The notes beneath the pieces were generated by a model. The model was not told the DNA's origin. It saw nothing but the letters and a program-made list of their open reading frames with translations, and ran no database searches. DNA of 49,325 nt, taken from Reclinomonas americana ATCC 50394 (lineage: Eukaryota). Location: contig PS015064.1 in NCBI GenBank assembly GCA_048213135.1, positions 155,924 to 205,248 on the forward strand, given 5' to 3'. A program made the position numbers and the translations under genes. Shown here piece by piece: positions 11,972 through 26,653 of this stretch (position 1 is the stretch's first letter; each line of letters begins with the position of its first letter).

Positions 11972-14292
11972 CACACCCATTGGCGGCTGCATGAGACCAC
12001 CCTGGCCCATTTGTGGCGGTGGTGGCTGCTGCTGTTGCTGCTGTTGCTGTTGTTGCATAGGCATGCCGTACGCAGCAATGTAGCTGGAGGCCTGCTGTGG
12101 CGTCGGCATCATCTGCATGTTCGCACCCGGCATCATGCCACCGCGACTTGGCGGCAGCGTGCGATTGGGGTTGTTGGCGGCCAACAGACGCTCCGCATCG
12201 GTACCGTGTCGCTCCGTCCGCGAGTCCTTCTTGAAGGCGTACGAGACGGTGATTTGGCGATTGCACAAAAACTGCCCGTGCATGGTCTCCAGCGCCGCAT
12301 CCGACGACTCGAACGAGTCAAACGACACGAAACCGAAGCCCTTGCTGTTGCCCGTGTCGGGGTCGCGCACAATCTTCGGCGTGCTGATGAGGTTGCCAAA
12401 CGACGAGAACGTGTCGTGCAGGATCTTCTCGTCGACGTCCGAGTCCAGGTTGCCGATAAAGAGGTTGGCGCCGACGTCGAGGTTCTTGCGGTCTTGGGAG
12501 GCCTGGAAAGGGGTGGGAGGGAGAGAAGGGAAAGGGTGGGAGGGAGAGAAGGGAAAAGAGTGAGGAATAGGAAAGGGTGGGAGGGAGAGAAGGGAAAGGG
12601 GGGAGGGAGAGAAGGGAAATGGTGGCGAGGGAGTGAAAGGAAAGGGCAGTGAGGGAGAAAAGTGACGGGTGGGAGGGTGACAGAGAGAAGGGAAGCGGTG
12701 GGCGTAGGTTTGCAATAGACGCAGAAGAGATAAGAAAGAGTGCAGCGCCCAGCGAGAAGGACATGGAAATGACAGAGCCCAGTACAGTGGATGAAGAAGG
12801 AGCTGCAGCGAAAGTGACAGCCTGCACAACGCGCTCACCTTGTTCACACGAATCGGCTTGCCGTACAACTTGATCATGTTCATGATCTTCATGGCGTACT
12901 CGGTGTCTTCCTCGTACTTGAACTCCACGAAACCGTAGCCCTGGTGGTCGCCCGACACGCGGTCCTTTGGGATGTAGACGTTGGCTGGAAACGGGAAAGG
13001 AAGGGAGGAAGACAAGATGAGATGCATGTCACAGACTCGATGTGAGTGAAACAAACAGCTTGGTCGGCGTGTTGTGAGTGCGGGCGAATATGCAACAGCA
13101 AGAAGGCGACGGCGCAGAGTGGAGAGGAGAGGAAGAAGAAGAGAAAATGGACGAGGAGATGAAGGAGGATGAGACAGGGTGCGGCAAGGCAGAGATGTAA
13201 GAATGCTACTGCGCATGCTGGCGATGCTGCCCTCTGTTGTACATGCAATGGCGAGAGAGAGAGAGAGAGAAAGACGGGAGAGAGAGAACACACGGCGCTG
13301 AAGCACACGCAAGAAGATGTGGGAGACAAGAGCGAGCTTTCGTGACAGCTGGATAGCTTGATATAAGCAGTGCAAATGCTCCTGTGCTGTGAATGCGGAC
13401 AATGCGACCCTCTGTTGTATACGCAACGGCGAGAGAGTGCAGAGAGTGCAGAAGCACGAAGACGTAGAAGAAAAGGCGAGGCGGAGAACGTGGTTTTGTT
13501 GTGCGAACGTTCCTGCTCTGCGAAAGCTATCGCTGGTGGCCTCGATTGTTCGCGTAATGGCAAGAGAGAGGGAGATAAGAGAGGGAGAGTGTGTGAGAGA
13601 GAGAACGAGGGAAAGAGAGAGTGAGGGGCACAAGCAAGAGGAAGCACAAGAAGCGGTGCGGCAGAACCAGGGTTCGTGATAGAATCCTCGCAATGTTGTG
13701 GCTGTACGAGTGCTCCTGCTCTATCCAAGCCATCGCTAGAGAGAATGAGAGAGAGATAGTGAAAAGACTGCGCAGATGCACAAGCAAGAAGAAAAGGCGA
13801 GATAGGAGGAGAAAGAGGTTTCGTGATAGAATCCTTCAATAGCAGTGGCTGTGCGAGTGCTCCAGACGAGCGACTGCACGCTTGATTGAAGAGTGAACGT
13901 GAAAAGTGAGAAATGCAAGTTCAGCATGATGCAACGTGACACTCTTCCCTTGCACCTCCTTGCAACCATGCAACACGCTTGCATCCCACACTTGCCCACT
14001 GCTCTCTCCTCGCACAAGTGTGTGACAAGTCATGTTGGACTCACACACACGTCCGCCCCCCACTTTCCTCCCTCACTCACCCACAGGCCCACACTGCAAA
14101 AACAACTCGCCCAGAATCGCCTCTGTCACACGCGGTTCCAGACCGCCAACATACACAGTGGCATCCTAAGAGAACACATGTTGAGTCACTCTTTTTCTCA
14201 TCGCAGAAACAGAGACGCGCGTGCATATGTGTGTGCATAAGCTTGCAGACCTGATTGCGCTCCACTGGCGTCTGCCACGACACGCCCGCCAT
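11972..14292 (-). CDS. SF3B4: Splicing factor 3B subunit 4 (SAP49/Hsh49), two RRMs; the C-terminus runs into a gap
   Basis: Exons 14292-14251 ([14 protein letters not shown]), 14165-14081 ([28 protein letters not shown]), about 12984-12839 ([21 protein letters not shown]...KPIRVNK) and about 12502-11972 ([20 protein letters not shown]...[14 protein letters not shown]). Confidence 0.96.
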
Positions 14293-14699
14293 TTGTTGTG
14301 TGTGAAAGAGTGCGTGAGTGACCAAAGTGGACAGTTGCGCGCGCGGGTACTGTCCATTGTCCGCACACGCACACACACTCGTTTTGTCGTTTGAAGCACA
14401 GCAGCATGGACAAGGAAGGGTGAGTCTTGCATGTTGGTGCTGTGTGTCGATACACGTGTGCGTGCGTGCGTTTGCGTGCGCGCTCACAAGTTGGGCCATT
14501 TCGATGTCGCGTGTGCACGTGCTCTCTCTCCACTGTCCTTCTCGCATGCACACGATCACTTGCGTACACGCACGTGAGAAAGCCATGCGCACATCGCCTC
14601 TCCTTTTCTTTGTGTGTGCTTGCGTTTTTTGTGCAACATGGCGTTGTGCTAACTCGTTTGTTTGCCTTTCCCCCTTGTGTTAGTTTCTTGGCATTTGCC

Positions 14700-14934
14700 A
14701 TGCGCAAGGCGCGTCACCCCAACCACCGCCCCTTCATGATTGGCTTTGCCGCCATGTTTGTCGGCATTGCGATGTTGCCGGTGTCTGGTGAGTGAGAGAG
14801 AGGGAGAGAGAGAGAGGGAGAATGGAGGGAAGGAGAGAGGGAAGGAGAAGGGGAGAGAGAGAGAGAGGAGGAAGGGAAGGAGAGAGAGAAGACAGTGTGT
14901 CTGTTGAGATGAGATTGCATGCTTGTGTGTGTGT

Positions 14935-15020
<86 letters not shown>

Positions 15021-15239
15021 CGANNNNNNNNNNNNNNNNNNNNNNNNNNNNNNNNNNNNNNNNNNNNNNNNNNNNNNNNNNNNNNNNNNNNNNNNNNNNN
15101 NNNNNNNNNNNNNNNNNNNNNNNNNNNNNNNNNNNNNNNNNNNNNNNNNNNNNNNNNNNNNNNNNNNNNNNNNNNNNNNNNNNNNNNNNNNNNNNNNNNN
15201 NNNNNNNNNNNNNNNNNNNNNNNNNNNNNNNNNNNNNNG

Positions 15240-15327
<88 letters not shown>

Positions 15328-15609
15328 CGATCTCACGAGCTGTAGAACTTGGTTCGTGAAGCTTGTGCGTGAGAGGAGAGGCACTCTGAAGCAGTTCGCT
15401 TTCGTAGCTTGTTCATGTGGGTGTATGCTTGCTGCTAACTCAACTCTTCTCCACCTCTTCCATTGCCGCTTCGCAGAGGAGGACAAGAAGGCGTCTCGTG
15501 CGTACTGCTCATGCTGCTGCTGCCGCGCTGATCCTCGTCGTCAATGTGCCTTCTCACTTTGTATCAATGTGCAGCATTCGGTCGCAAGGTGGCAGGCGAG
15601 AAGCACTGA
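14700..15609 (+). CDS. 47-aa single-TM microprotein resembling mitochondrial ATP synthase subunit i/j (plant 6-kDa subunit / yeast Atp18)
   Basis: Exons 14700-14787, 15477-15497 and 15575-15609 give MRKARHPNHRPFMIGFAAMFVGIAMLPVSEEDKKASPFGRKVAGEKH*. The PFxxGFA-TM-(S/T)EEDxKxSxF pattern recalls the plant ATP synthase 6-kDa subunit (from memory, not a search). The start may extend via a short upstream exon (ATG 14638). Confidence 0.65.
14915..15325. repeat. (GT)n and (GA)n microsatellites flanking an assembly gap inside an intron
   Basis: Directly visible. Confidence 0.9.
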
Positions 15610-15859
15610 GAAAGCGAGAGAGCACGTGTGTGTTCCACTGTGTGAAGCGCAGTGGCAATGCTTCCTAACCCTCTCGGATAAGTGTACATGGAATGGCATC
15701 GCGTACATACAAAGAACGCCACCGCCGCGCGAAGTTCATTCTCGGATCAATTGTGTATGTCCCGCGCAGCCGTTCAACCTCGCTTCTTCTCTCCTCTCCC
15801 TCAGCAACCCGCCTGTTTTTCATCTGCTTCTTGCCACTGGTCTACACACGGAGAAGAAG

Positions 15860-17410
15860 ATGCCGAGCGAAGGCATGGCCCCGACCATTGAACGATTCCC
15901 CTACGGATCAAAGCGGCGACACAGTTGCGCGCATGAGAGAGAGACGCACACACACACATATGCACTCTCTCACACACACACTCTTTCATTCACCACTCTG
16001 TGTGCGCATGCGTGAGAGTATAAAAATGCACGCTGACATCACTCTTGTGTGTGTGTGTGTGCAAGTCTATGCGACCTTCTGGCGCGACCACGCAGCAAGA
16101 CACAATGTTGAGTTCCCACTGGGCCCACACGACGCGCTTCTGCCAGTCAACGGACCCAAGTTGCTCGTCTCTGATGAACTGCTCGACTTGGGATCGTTCC
16201 GTCTTCATTGCGCTTTTTCCGGACTCTCATTGTCTCTGTTCTTCTCACACTGTGTGTGTGTTGTGCGTGCGTGCAGGAACGATGTGATGGAGTGGTCGCT
16301 GCGCAAGTGCAGGAACAGCAACAATGCGATGCTGTTTGGTGAGTCGAGTCAGCGATTGCCGGAGACTTGTTCCGGTGTCTCCTTGTTGCACGTGTGCATC
16401 GCTCTTTTGTTCTTCCGAGTCCTCCTCTCCTCGCATGCTCCTTTACCTGTTCAGGGCGATGCATCGCTGGTCGTGCATCTCGCTCATTGATGCATCGTTC
16501 TTCGCAACCGCATGTACTCTTGTCTTCTGGTCTTCTCTTAGTCAGCTATTTTCTCTTTCTGCTTGTCGCTGTGCTTGAGGCATGTGTTCCACACTCTCAT
16601 TGTCCGAGTACTCTTCATCCTCTGTCATGGTAGCTTGTTCGTCGTGCTTCTTCCTCCGTCTCTTCTTGTCGATGCATCCGTTGGATCCTGTTCATCGCGG
16701 CTTGAGGCAAGCGATTCATTCTCTCCGCACCCGGCGCTGCTCGTCGCAGTCTCGGTCGTGCCTGTTCCTCTGCTTGCCTTCTTCGTGGCCTTGGATAGCT
16801 GTGTCCTTTTTCTGTTCTGTATGTCGCTGGACTTGACCCATGCGATTCACTCTTCGTTTCCGTGTCATCCTCGTTCTCCATCGCATGCGTGTAGTCATTT
16901 TGTCGCCATGTGTTCCTCTCGCCTGCCTCTTTCTGCTCCTAGCTGTACTGCCGTTCCTCTCTTGCTTCCTGCGCATCGCGGCTTGAGTCATGCGATGCAC
17001 TCCTTGTCCGTGTGAGTCGTTTTGTTGCCTGTTTCTTCGCTCACTTTCCTCACCCCTTCCCCCCAGGCATCCTCCCCGACGACAAGGTCGACGACGACCA
17101 CGCTCTCGACAAGCCCGACGCCCACGGGTGCTATCACCACGGCACGGCCTGCGCGTTGCGTCTTCTCCTCCCTCCCTCCTTTTACCCTCTCTCTTTTCTC
17201 CTCACTCCGCATCACCCACACAGCCTGCCTCGCTCGGTGCGCCTGGCCAACGACGGCGACACCCTGCGAATCGTGGTCGACGCCAGCCAGCAGCTGCTGA
17301 CGTTCGAGGTCAATGGTTCGGTGATTCACGAGATCCCGATTACGCTGTCGGGGCATGTGCGATTGGCGCTGACCATGTGGAGGACAACGCACGTGGAGCT
17401 GGTGACGTAA
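15860..17410 (+). CDS. Small stand-alone B30.2/SPRY-like beta-sandwich protein, 5 exons, about 165 aa
   Basis: Exons 15860-15923, 16066-16159, 16277-16338, 17067-17154 and 17224-17410 are phase-consistent. The product contains WSLR..NAMLFGILP and GDTLRIVVDASQQLLTFEVNG, the SPRY-like GDxxxxxxDxxxxxLxFxxNG signature. Confidence 0.65.
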
Positions 17411-17549
17411 CGATCGTGTTGCTGGTGCGCACTCTCTGCCGAGTATTCTCGTCGACCATCAACAGTAAAACAATTCAAATGAGCGAGTGCAAGCTATGCG
17501 TGTGTATATTGTGAGTGCTTAATTGAAGTGACGCCAGACCGGCAGGGCG

Positions 17550-20539
<2,990 letters not shown>

Positions 20540-20591
20540 AACAACACGTAATGCAACAAGAACAAATTTCACTTAACAAGCTATATATCAT

Positions 20592-22077
20592 CTAGCACAT
20601 GTCGGCAAAGCCAAGCTCCCGCACGCCGACCTCGTACTCGGTGGGTGGTGTGGTGAGCATCAGCGCACACCAGCGTGCCTGGCTGATACCGCCACGCGTC
20701 TTCTCGCCGGGCAGTGTCACGCGGCACGTGAGGTTCCAGTTGGTGTCGTCGAATTGCACGCTGACCGAGTAGGCCTGGCCGGGCACGAGTCCCTGTACCG
20801 TCATCTCGCCCGTGACGGGGTTGATCTTCTCGCACGCCACCGTCTCCAGGTCCTCCGAGGTCACCAGCACCGTCATGCGCGTCTGTTCGCGTGGCAGTGA
20901 GCGCTGTTCGACGCTGTGCAGGGCCCATGGAGCGTGTGCCGACAGTGCCGTGTACACCGAGGCGTTCCACGTGAAGGTGACCGAGGTGCGACCGATGCGC
21001 TGCGCGGTGAATTGGAGGTGGCCCGGCTGCGCGAGCGATGTGCTCCACGGTCCCGTGGTCCAGTCGGAGGCAAGGCCGCGACCGCGCGCGCGTGTCACCA
21101 GACTGCATCCGTGCGGGCACGATTGCGGTGCGCGACGCGCTTGCAGAGCGAATTCGTGAATGGCGTTGGGGTTGAGCTTGGAGACTACTACGCCCACGGT
21201 GCCGGGACGCGCGCCGGCGCCCATCTCAATCTCCTCGAGATTGTGCAGGTGGCGGAGAGTCTCCACCTTGCTGGTTCGATCAATGCTCTTCACCACCATG
21301 CGGTACTCCACGTCGGCCGGCAGCCGACTGCGGTTGAACGAGAGCACAGCACACGACGTGCCGGCCCCCGCCGTGCCCTTGACCTGTGACACTCGTGGTG
21401 GCACAAAGGCTTCGCGCTCTGCCAAGCACAAAGACAAAAAAAGATCAGCACACTGTCCCTTGTTTCCACTCCTTCCACACGCGCACTCACCATCCATGGT
21501 CTCCGTAAAATACACAAAAATGCCCGTCGAGGTGCTGCCAATGACAAACGTGTTGTCGGGCGCCCAGCACAGCGACGGAATGGCGCGATGCGCCTCCGCA
21601 TCCAGCCCAAAATGGTCATCGTCGGTGATGGCCGAGGTGGGCACATCGCCGGCCTTGAGTGGCCGGCCCAGCGGCACGGCTTCGGGGCCAGGCTTGGCCA
21701 GTTTCCATGCTTGCAGCATCTGGTTCGCGCAAAGAGAAGAGGGTGAGCATGGTTGTCGCGCAAAGGAGATAGGAGGGGGGAATGAAGAGGGCACACCTCG
21801 CCAGCATGGCAGGTGATCAGTACGTCGCTGTCGGGCACAAAGGTGGCTGGACAGACACAGCCACGCGGATACACTGTGTGTCGCAGCGTGTCCGAGGATG
21901 TGTTGACGATTACGACGCCGCCGTTGGTGGCCTGGGAGCAAATGGCTAACCGCTTGCCATCCTGCGAGACGTAAAGAGTGAGAAGTCTATGATTATGATC
22001 ATGTTCTACGCGGACCGCAAGCCATCTCCACATTAGCTGCTCTCTCCCTGTCTCTGCGTTGTCTCTGTGTCCATTCC

Positions 22078-22125
<48 letters not shown>

Positions 22126-24093
22126 TCTCTTTCTTTCGCAACATTTCTGTCTCCTCAATCTACCCTTGATCTCCTTACTTTCTCGCTCCCTCTCTTGCAT
22201 TCCTTCTGCATTTCTACCTCTACCCTCTTCTGTCTCTTTCTCGTCTCAATCGCATCTCCTCTTGCTCTCTCCTCTCTCTCTCTCTCTTACGGTCGCTTTA
22301 CGCTCCTCCCTCTCCTCGTTCTTCTTGCTCTTCATTCATCATTCTCTTTTGCATCATTTCTGTCACTCATATCTATTTCCTTCATCTCTGTCTTCTCTCT
22401 CGATCGCTGTCGCATTACCCCTTCGTTCCTCGCTGTCCTCTGGCTTCACTCACCTTGCTCGCTCCTCTCTTCTCTCTCCTTCGCATTCCTCTTGCTCCCA
22501 CACTCGCCTTCTCAATTCTATCTGCACACTGTCATCTTTCATTCTTCGCCATCCCTCTCACGTCATCCATGTGGTTTCTCTTCTCTCTCCCTCTCCCTCT
22601 CCCTCTCCCCTCCCTCGCCCTTTCCCTTCACCCCCTTCCCCCTTTCCCCCCTTTTCCCTTTCCCTCTTTCCTCACCGATCGCCACGACACATGAAGAGGC
22701 TCGACGGCCGGCAACGGCGTAATGACAATGCGCATGCGCTGCGGCACGGACAGCGGCTTTCCGTTCGAGGCCACCTTCCACAACTCGCACGTGCCGTCGA
22801 GACCCGCGGTGCACAGCACGTCGCCGTCGGGTCGGAAGGCCAGTGAGCACACCGGTCGTGTGTGGCTGGTCGGGAACTCCAAAAACGTGCCCGACGACCT
22901 GGCCCACAGGCGCACAATGTAGTGCTGCGCCGGCAAGCCGGGGCTCGACACACCCTCGTCACCGAACGTGGCCACTACCGAATGCGCCGTCGCCACCTGC
23001 TCCAGACCCAAGCGCGGCGACATGGCCACAAACAGTGTCTCGTGACCTATTCCAAGTGAAAGTAAGTCATCTCATCCCTCCCCTCCTCTTCTCCTCTCTT
23101 TCTCTCATTCAGCGTACCGTGCTCGACAATTTCGACTGGCACCGGGAAATCGTCGTCCACGTCAAACAGCTGCAGTGTGGTGCCACTCGAAAAGACGAGG
23201 TGCGTGCCGGCGGGTGACCACGCCACGCAGTCGCTGGTGTAGCCGCCCTCCAACTTGAAGCGCTTGACCGTCTGCAAACCGCGATCGGGGCCCGACGGCG
23301 TGAGGCGCAGAATGCGTGGCCGAGCACCGCCGCACGCAATCAGATGCTGATTGGTCGGCGACATGGCCAGCACTCGCCGATCGCACCCTGCGCTGCCGGC
23401 CAGCGAGCCACCCGACAGGAGCGAGCTCACCGACAGCATCGCCACATCGTCGGACTCGTCGTCAATCGGCGTCGCCGCCGACATGCTCGACACGGTCGAA
23501 CCGCTGCTCACTCGCATGCCGCTACCGAATGGCGCAAACCACATCTGCAACACCAGCACCATGAGCACCTCGTCGAGCAGAGATAGAGATGCATGAGCAG
23601 CCAGGCAACGCACCTCCTCAAACATGCTCTCCGCATCGACAGCCTCGCGCACCCGCGTGCCCTCCAACCCTCGCCCCGCATCCGTCGACACATCGCCCTC
23701 GCCCGCCGACACGGTCGACACACGCGACGAACCGACCGTTGTTCCCATCATCAACACCGTCTCCCCGTGCGCACCACGCTGACTCGGCGACGAGCTGCTT
23801 CCGACGCTGCTTCCCTTTGCACTGCGCTTGCTGCTGCTGCTGTTGCTGGCGACTGATCCCTCACTGGCGCGTCGTCGCGAGTTGGGGCCAGTCACTGGCG
23901 GGAACTGTCGTCCTTTCACCACTGGCACCTGCGACGGCTTCAGTGGCGTGCGTCGTCCAGTGACCGACGAGGACGACGAGGCGCTGCGCATGACTGGTGC
24001 CTCGAAATCATCATCGTCGCTGTCGTAGGAGACATTGTCGATGTGTGCTGTGATAGCAGCTGCTGCACTGCGGTGCATGGTCTGTGTGGACAT
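20592..24093 (-). CDS. Protein with an S-rich disordered N-terminus, WD40 repeats and C-terminal fibronectin-III-like domains, 6 exons
   Basis: Phase-consistent GT-AG chain. WD-like segments CVAWSPAGTHLVFSS, SHTRPVCSLAFRPDGDVLCTAGLDGTCELWK and VSWRSDGKRLAICS. FN3-like segments RTSVTFTWN...VQGLVPGQAYSVSVQ and VSKLNPNAIHEFALQAR. Confidence 0.75.
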
Positions 24094-24465
24094 GAGGAGG
24101 AGAAGATGAGACAAGTGTGGGGAAGAGATGAGAGCACGCGACGAACTCACATCTCTCTCTTGACACACACACACGCTTGCTCTCTCTGTGTCTCTGTCTG
24201 GCGCCTTGAGTGTATTGCTCGAGTCTGTGTGTGAGCGTGTTGCTTGCGCGCGCGTATGCTCACTCGACGGTTGTGTGCTCACTTTTGTGAAACTGAGGAG
24301 CAACACGGAAAATAATGCCACTCACTCACACTCACAAGAGCACACGCGCACACAGGGGCGCAGCTGGTTAACGAGAGGTGCACAAGAGAATGAGCATTTG
24401 TGCGCTCAAACAGAGACAGCGCATAGAAAGTGGCGATTCTTGACGAAATTTGCTGTGATTTTACA

Positions 24466-26113
24466 CTACTTCTTCTTCTTGCCGCCCTTCTTGCCCTTCT
24501 TGTCGCCACCCTTTGACTTTTTCGCGGCCTTGGCCACTGCAGCCTGTGCAGCAGCCTCGCGCCGATTTTCCTCGGCCTCCACCAATCGCTTCTGGTCCAT
24601 GTAGTCCACGCACTTGGCCACTTGCTGCGCAGCGCACGATTCAGCACATTATCTCTGTCTCTCCCTCCCTCCGCATACATGACACGCACCTCCAGATCCC
24701 AGCTGCGCACAGTGTGGTCAAAGGAGCCCGAGAAGAGCAGGTTGGATTCGACATCGAGGCACACTTCGCGGACGCCGTCCGTGTGGCCCTCAAACACAAA
24801 CGTGCAGGAGCCGTCGCCGAGTCGCCATTGTCGTACGGTGCCGTCTTCACTGGCCGAGTGCAGCAGATCGCCGTGCAGCAGTAATGAGTACACGCAGTCG
24901 CGGTGGCCACGCATGGTGCGGAACGGCAGTCCATTCGGGGCCTGCAGAATGGTGAGGAGACGTACGGTGAACGGAGAAGGAGAAGAGGAGGCGCACCCGC
25001 AAATCATAAGCCCGCACAATGCCACTGGTCGATCCCACAAACAGCTGCGCCGACGAGTCGTCCACCGAGCAACACGACACGGCATCGATTTCGCCGCGGT
25101 AGCAGTTCAGCGCCTGACCGGTCTCGATGTCAAAGCACACCACGGTGCGGTCCCACGAGCCGCTCACCGCCATGCCCTTCACCGTCTGCCTCACGCAGCT
25201 CACGGCCGACGTGTGATGATTGTACACGGACAGTAACCGGTGCGACTCGGTATCGTGCACCACCACCACTCCATCGCCGCCGCCCGACAGCAGCGTTCGC
25301 CCACGCAGATCAATGCTATTCACCCCGCGCTCATGCGACTCAAATTCGCATTCGCATTCGCCCGACTGCACAGGCATGATGAGCAGCCGCAAATTTGATC
25401 ACGCAAAAAACGAACGCACATTGATATCCCACACGCGTGTGACGCCATCCGACGACGCCGAGCATAGCGTATCGCCCACTGTCGCCAGAGCCGTCACCGC
25501 ACCCTCATGTGCATCAAACACCTTGACACAATCGCCATTCTGTCCACAAATTTTTAAGCAATCATGGCGGAACAAACTGCCAACTGGCAAATCATCATCA
25601 TCCTCACACCTCGAGGTTGTACTCGGCCAGTGTTCCCTCCAGTCCGCCACAGATGAACGACGAGTCGGTGATGCGCAGCGATGAGATGGCACCGAGTGCG
25701 CCCGTGTACACCGAGTGCAACACGCTCGCCACCTGTGCTCCGGACACACACAAAAACGCGAGAGAGAGGAAATAAGCACGCACGAAGGCAAGCACACACA
25801 GGCAGGAAGGCGCAGAGCGCATGATGATGATGGTGGAGTGCATGTGTGTATGTGTGAGAGAGAGGGCAAGAGAGTGTGTCCGTGATCGTGATTTTTAGCC
25901 AATCGCTGATCGTTCTCTCTTGTGGCCCTCTCTGCGTCGCTCTCACTGTGCGCGTGTGTATGTGTGTACGTATGAGAGAGTGAGAGAGTGAAAGTGTGTG
26001 CGAGTGAGAGAGACGGTCTCTGATTGCGTGTGTCCGTGATCGTTGTCATTCGGATCATGCTCGTCTTGCGATCTCCTCTCAGTGTGAGTGTATGCGTGTG
26101 CACGTGTGTGCGT

Positions 26114-26153
<40 letters not shown>

Positions 26154-26464
26154 GAGAGAGAGTGAGCGCGTGTAACGCTTTCACAATCACTGGATCTCCT
26201 TCCCCTTCTCCTCCCCTTATCATCCCCATCTCCTCCCCTTCTCCTCCCCCTCTCCTCCCCTTCACCTCCCCATCTCATCCCCATCTCATCACACGCAACA
26301 TCCGGCGGCTTGAGCTGCCTAAACTCATGAATCATGGCCGCAGCCGCATCCATTCCCCCTCCCGCACTCTCCTCGCCCGCAGCCCGCGCGCTGTTCTTCG
26401 CACTCCCACCACCACTGCTCTTGCCCTTCTTTCCACCAGCCGAAGCTGCTGCCTTCTTGCTCAT
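24466..26464 (-). CDS. WD40 repeat protein with Lys-rich N- and C-termini, 6 exons
   Basis: MSKKAAASAGGKKGK..., AHEGAVTALATVGDTLCSASSDGVTRVWD, HHTSAVSCV..VSGSWDRTV, GHRDCVYSLL..SASEDGTVRQW, GHTDGVREV..FSGSFDHTVRSWD, ending GGDKKGKKGGKKKK* (TAG 24466-24468). Confidence 0.88.
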
Positions 26465-26653
26465 TGAAAAACACTAAAAGCGAACACGTGCCCCAAGGTT
26501 GTCCAGACAGCTTAGTCATGCGATTGTCCACGGCAGTTGTTGCGCGACTTTTTGCATTTTGTCACTGTGTGCGCGGCCACTGTCGTCAAACAACAGCAGC
26601 AACAACTAGTGTGACTGAGTGCTTGATTGAGTGTGTCAGTGTGTGTGAGAGAG

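Noticed and set aside
11321-13693. 790-aa ORF as one protein
   Set aside because: It reads through stop-free pyrimidine-rich introns and N-gaps. Only the SF3B4 exons are coding.
26498-26535. RFX X-box-like motif GTTGTCCAGACAGC in the divergent promoter
   Set aside because: Imperfect match that is expected by chance, and RFX presence in this organism is unknown.
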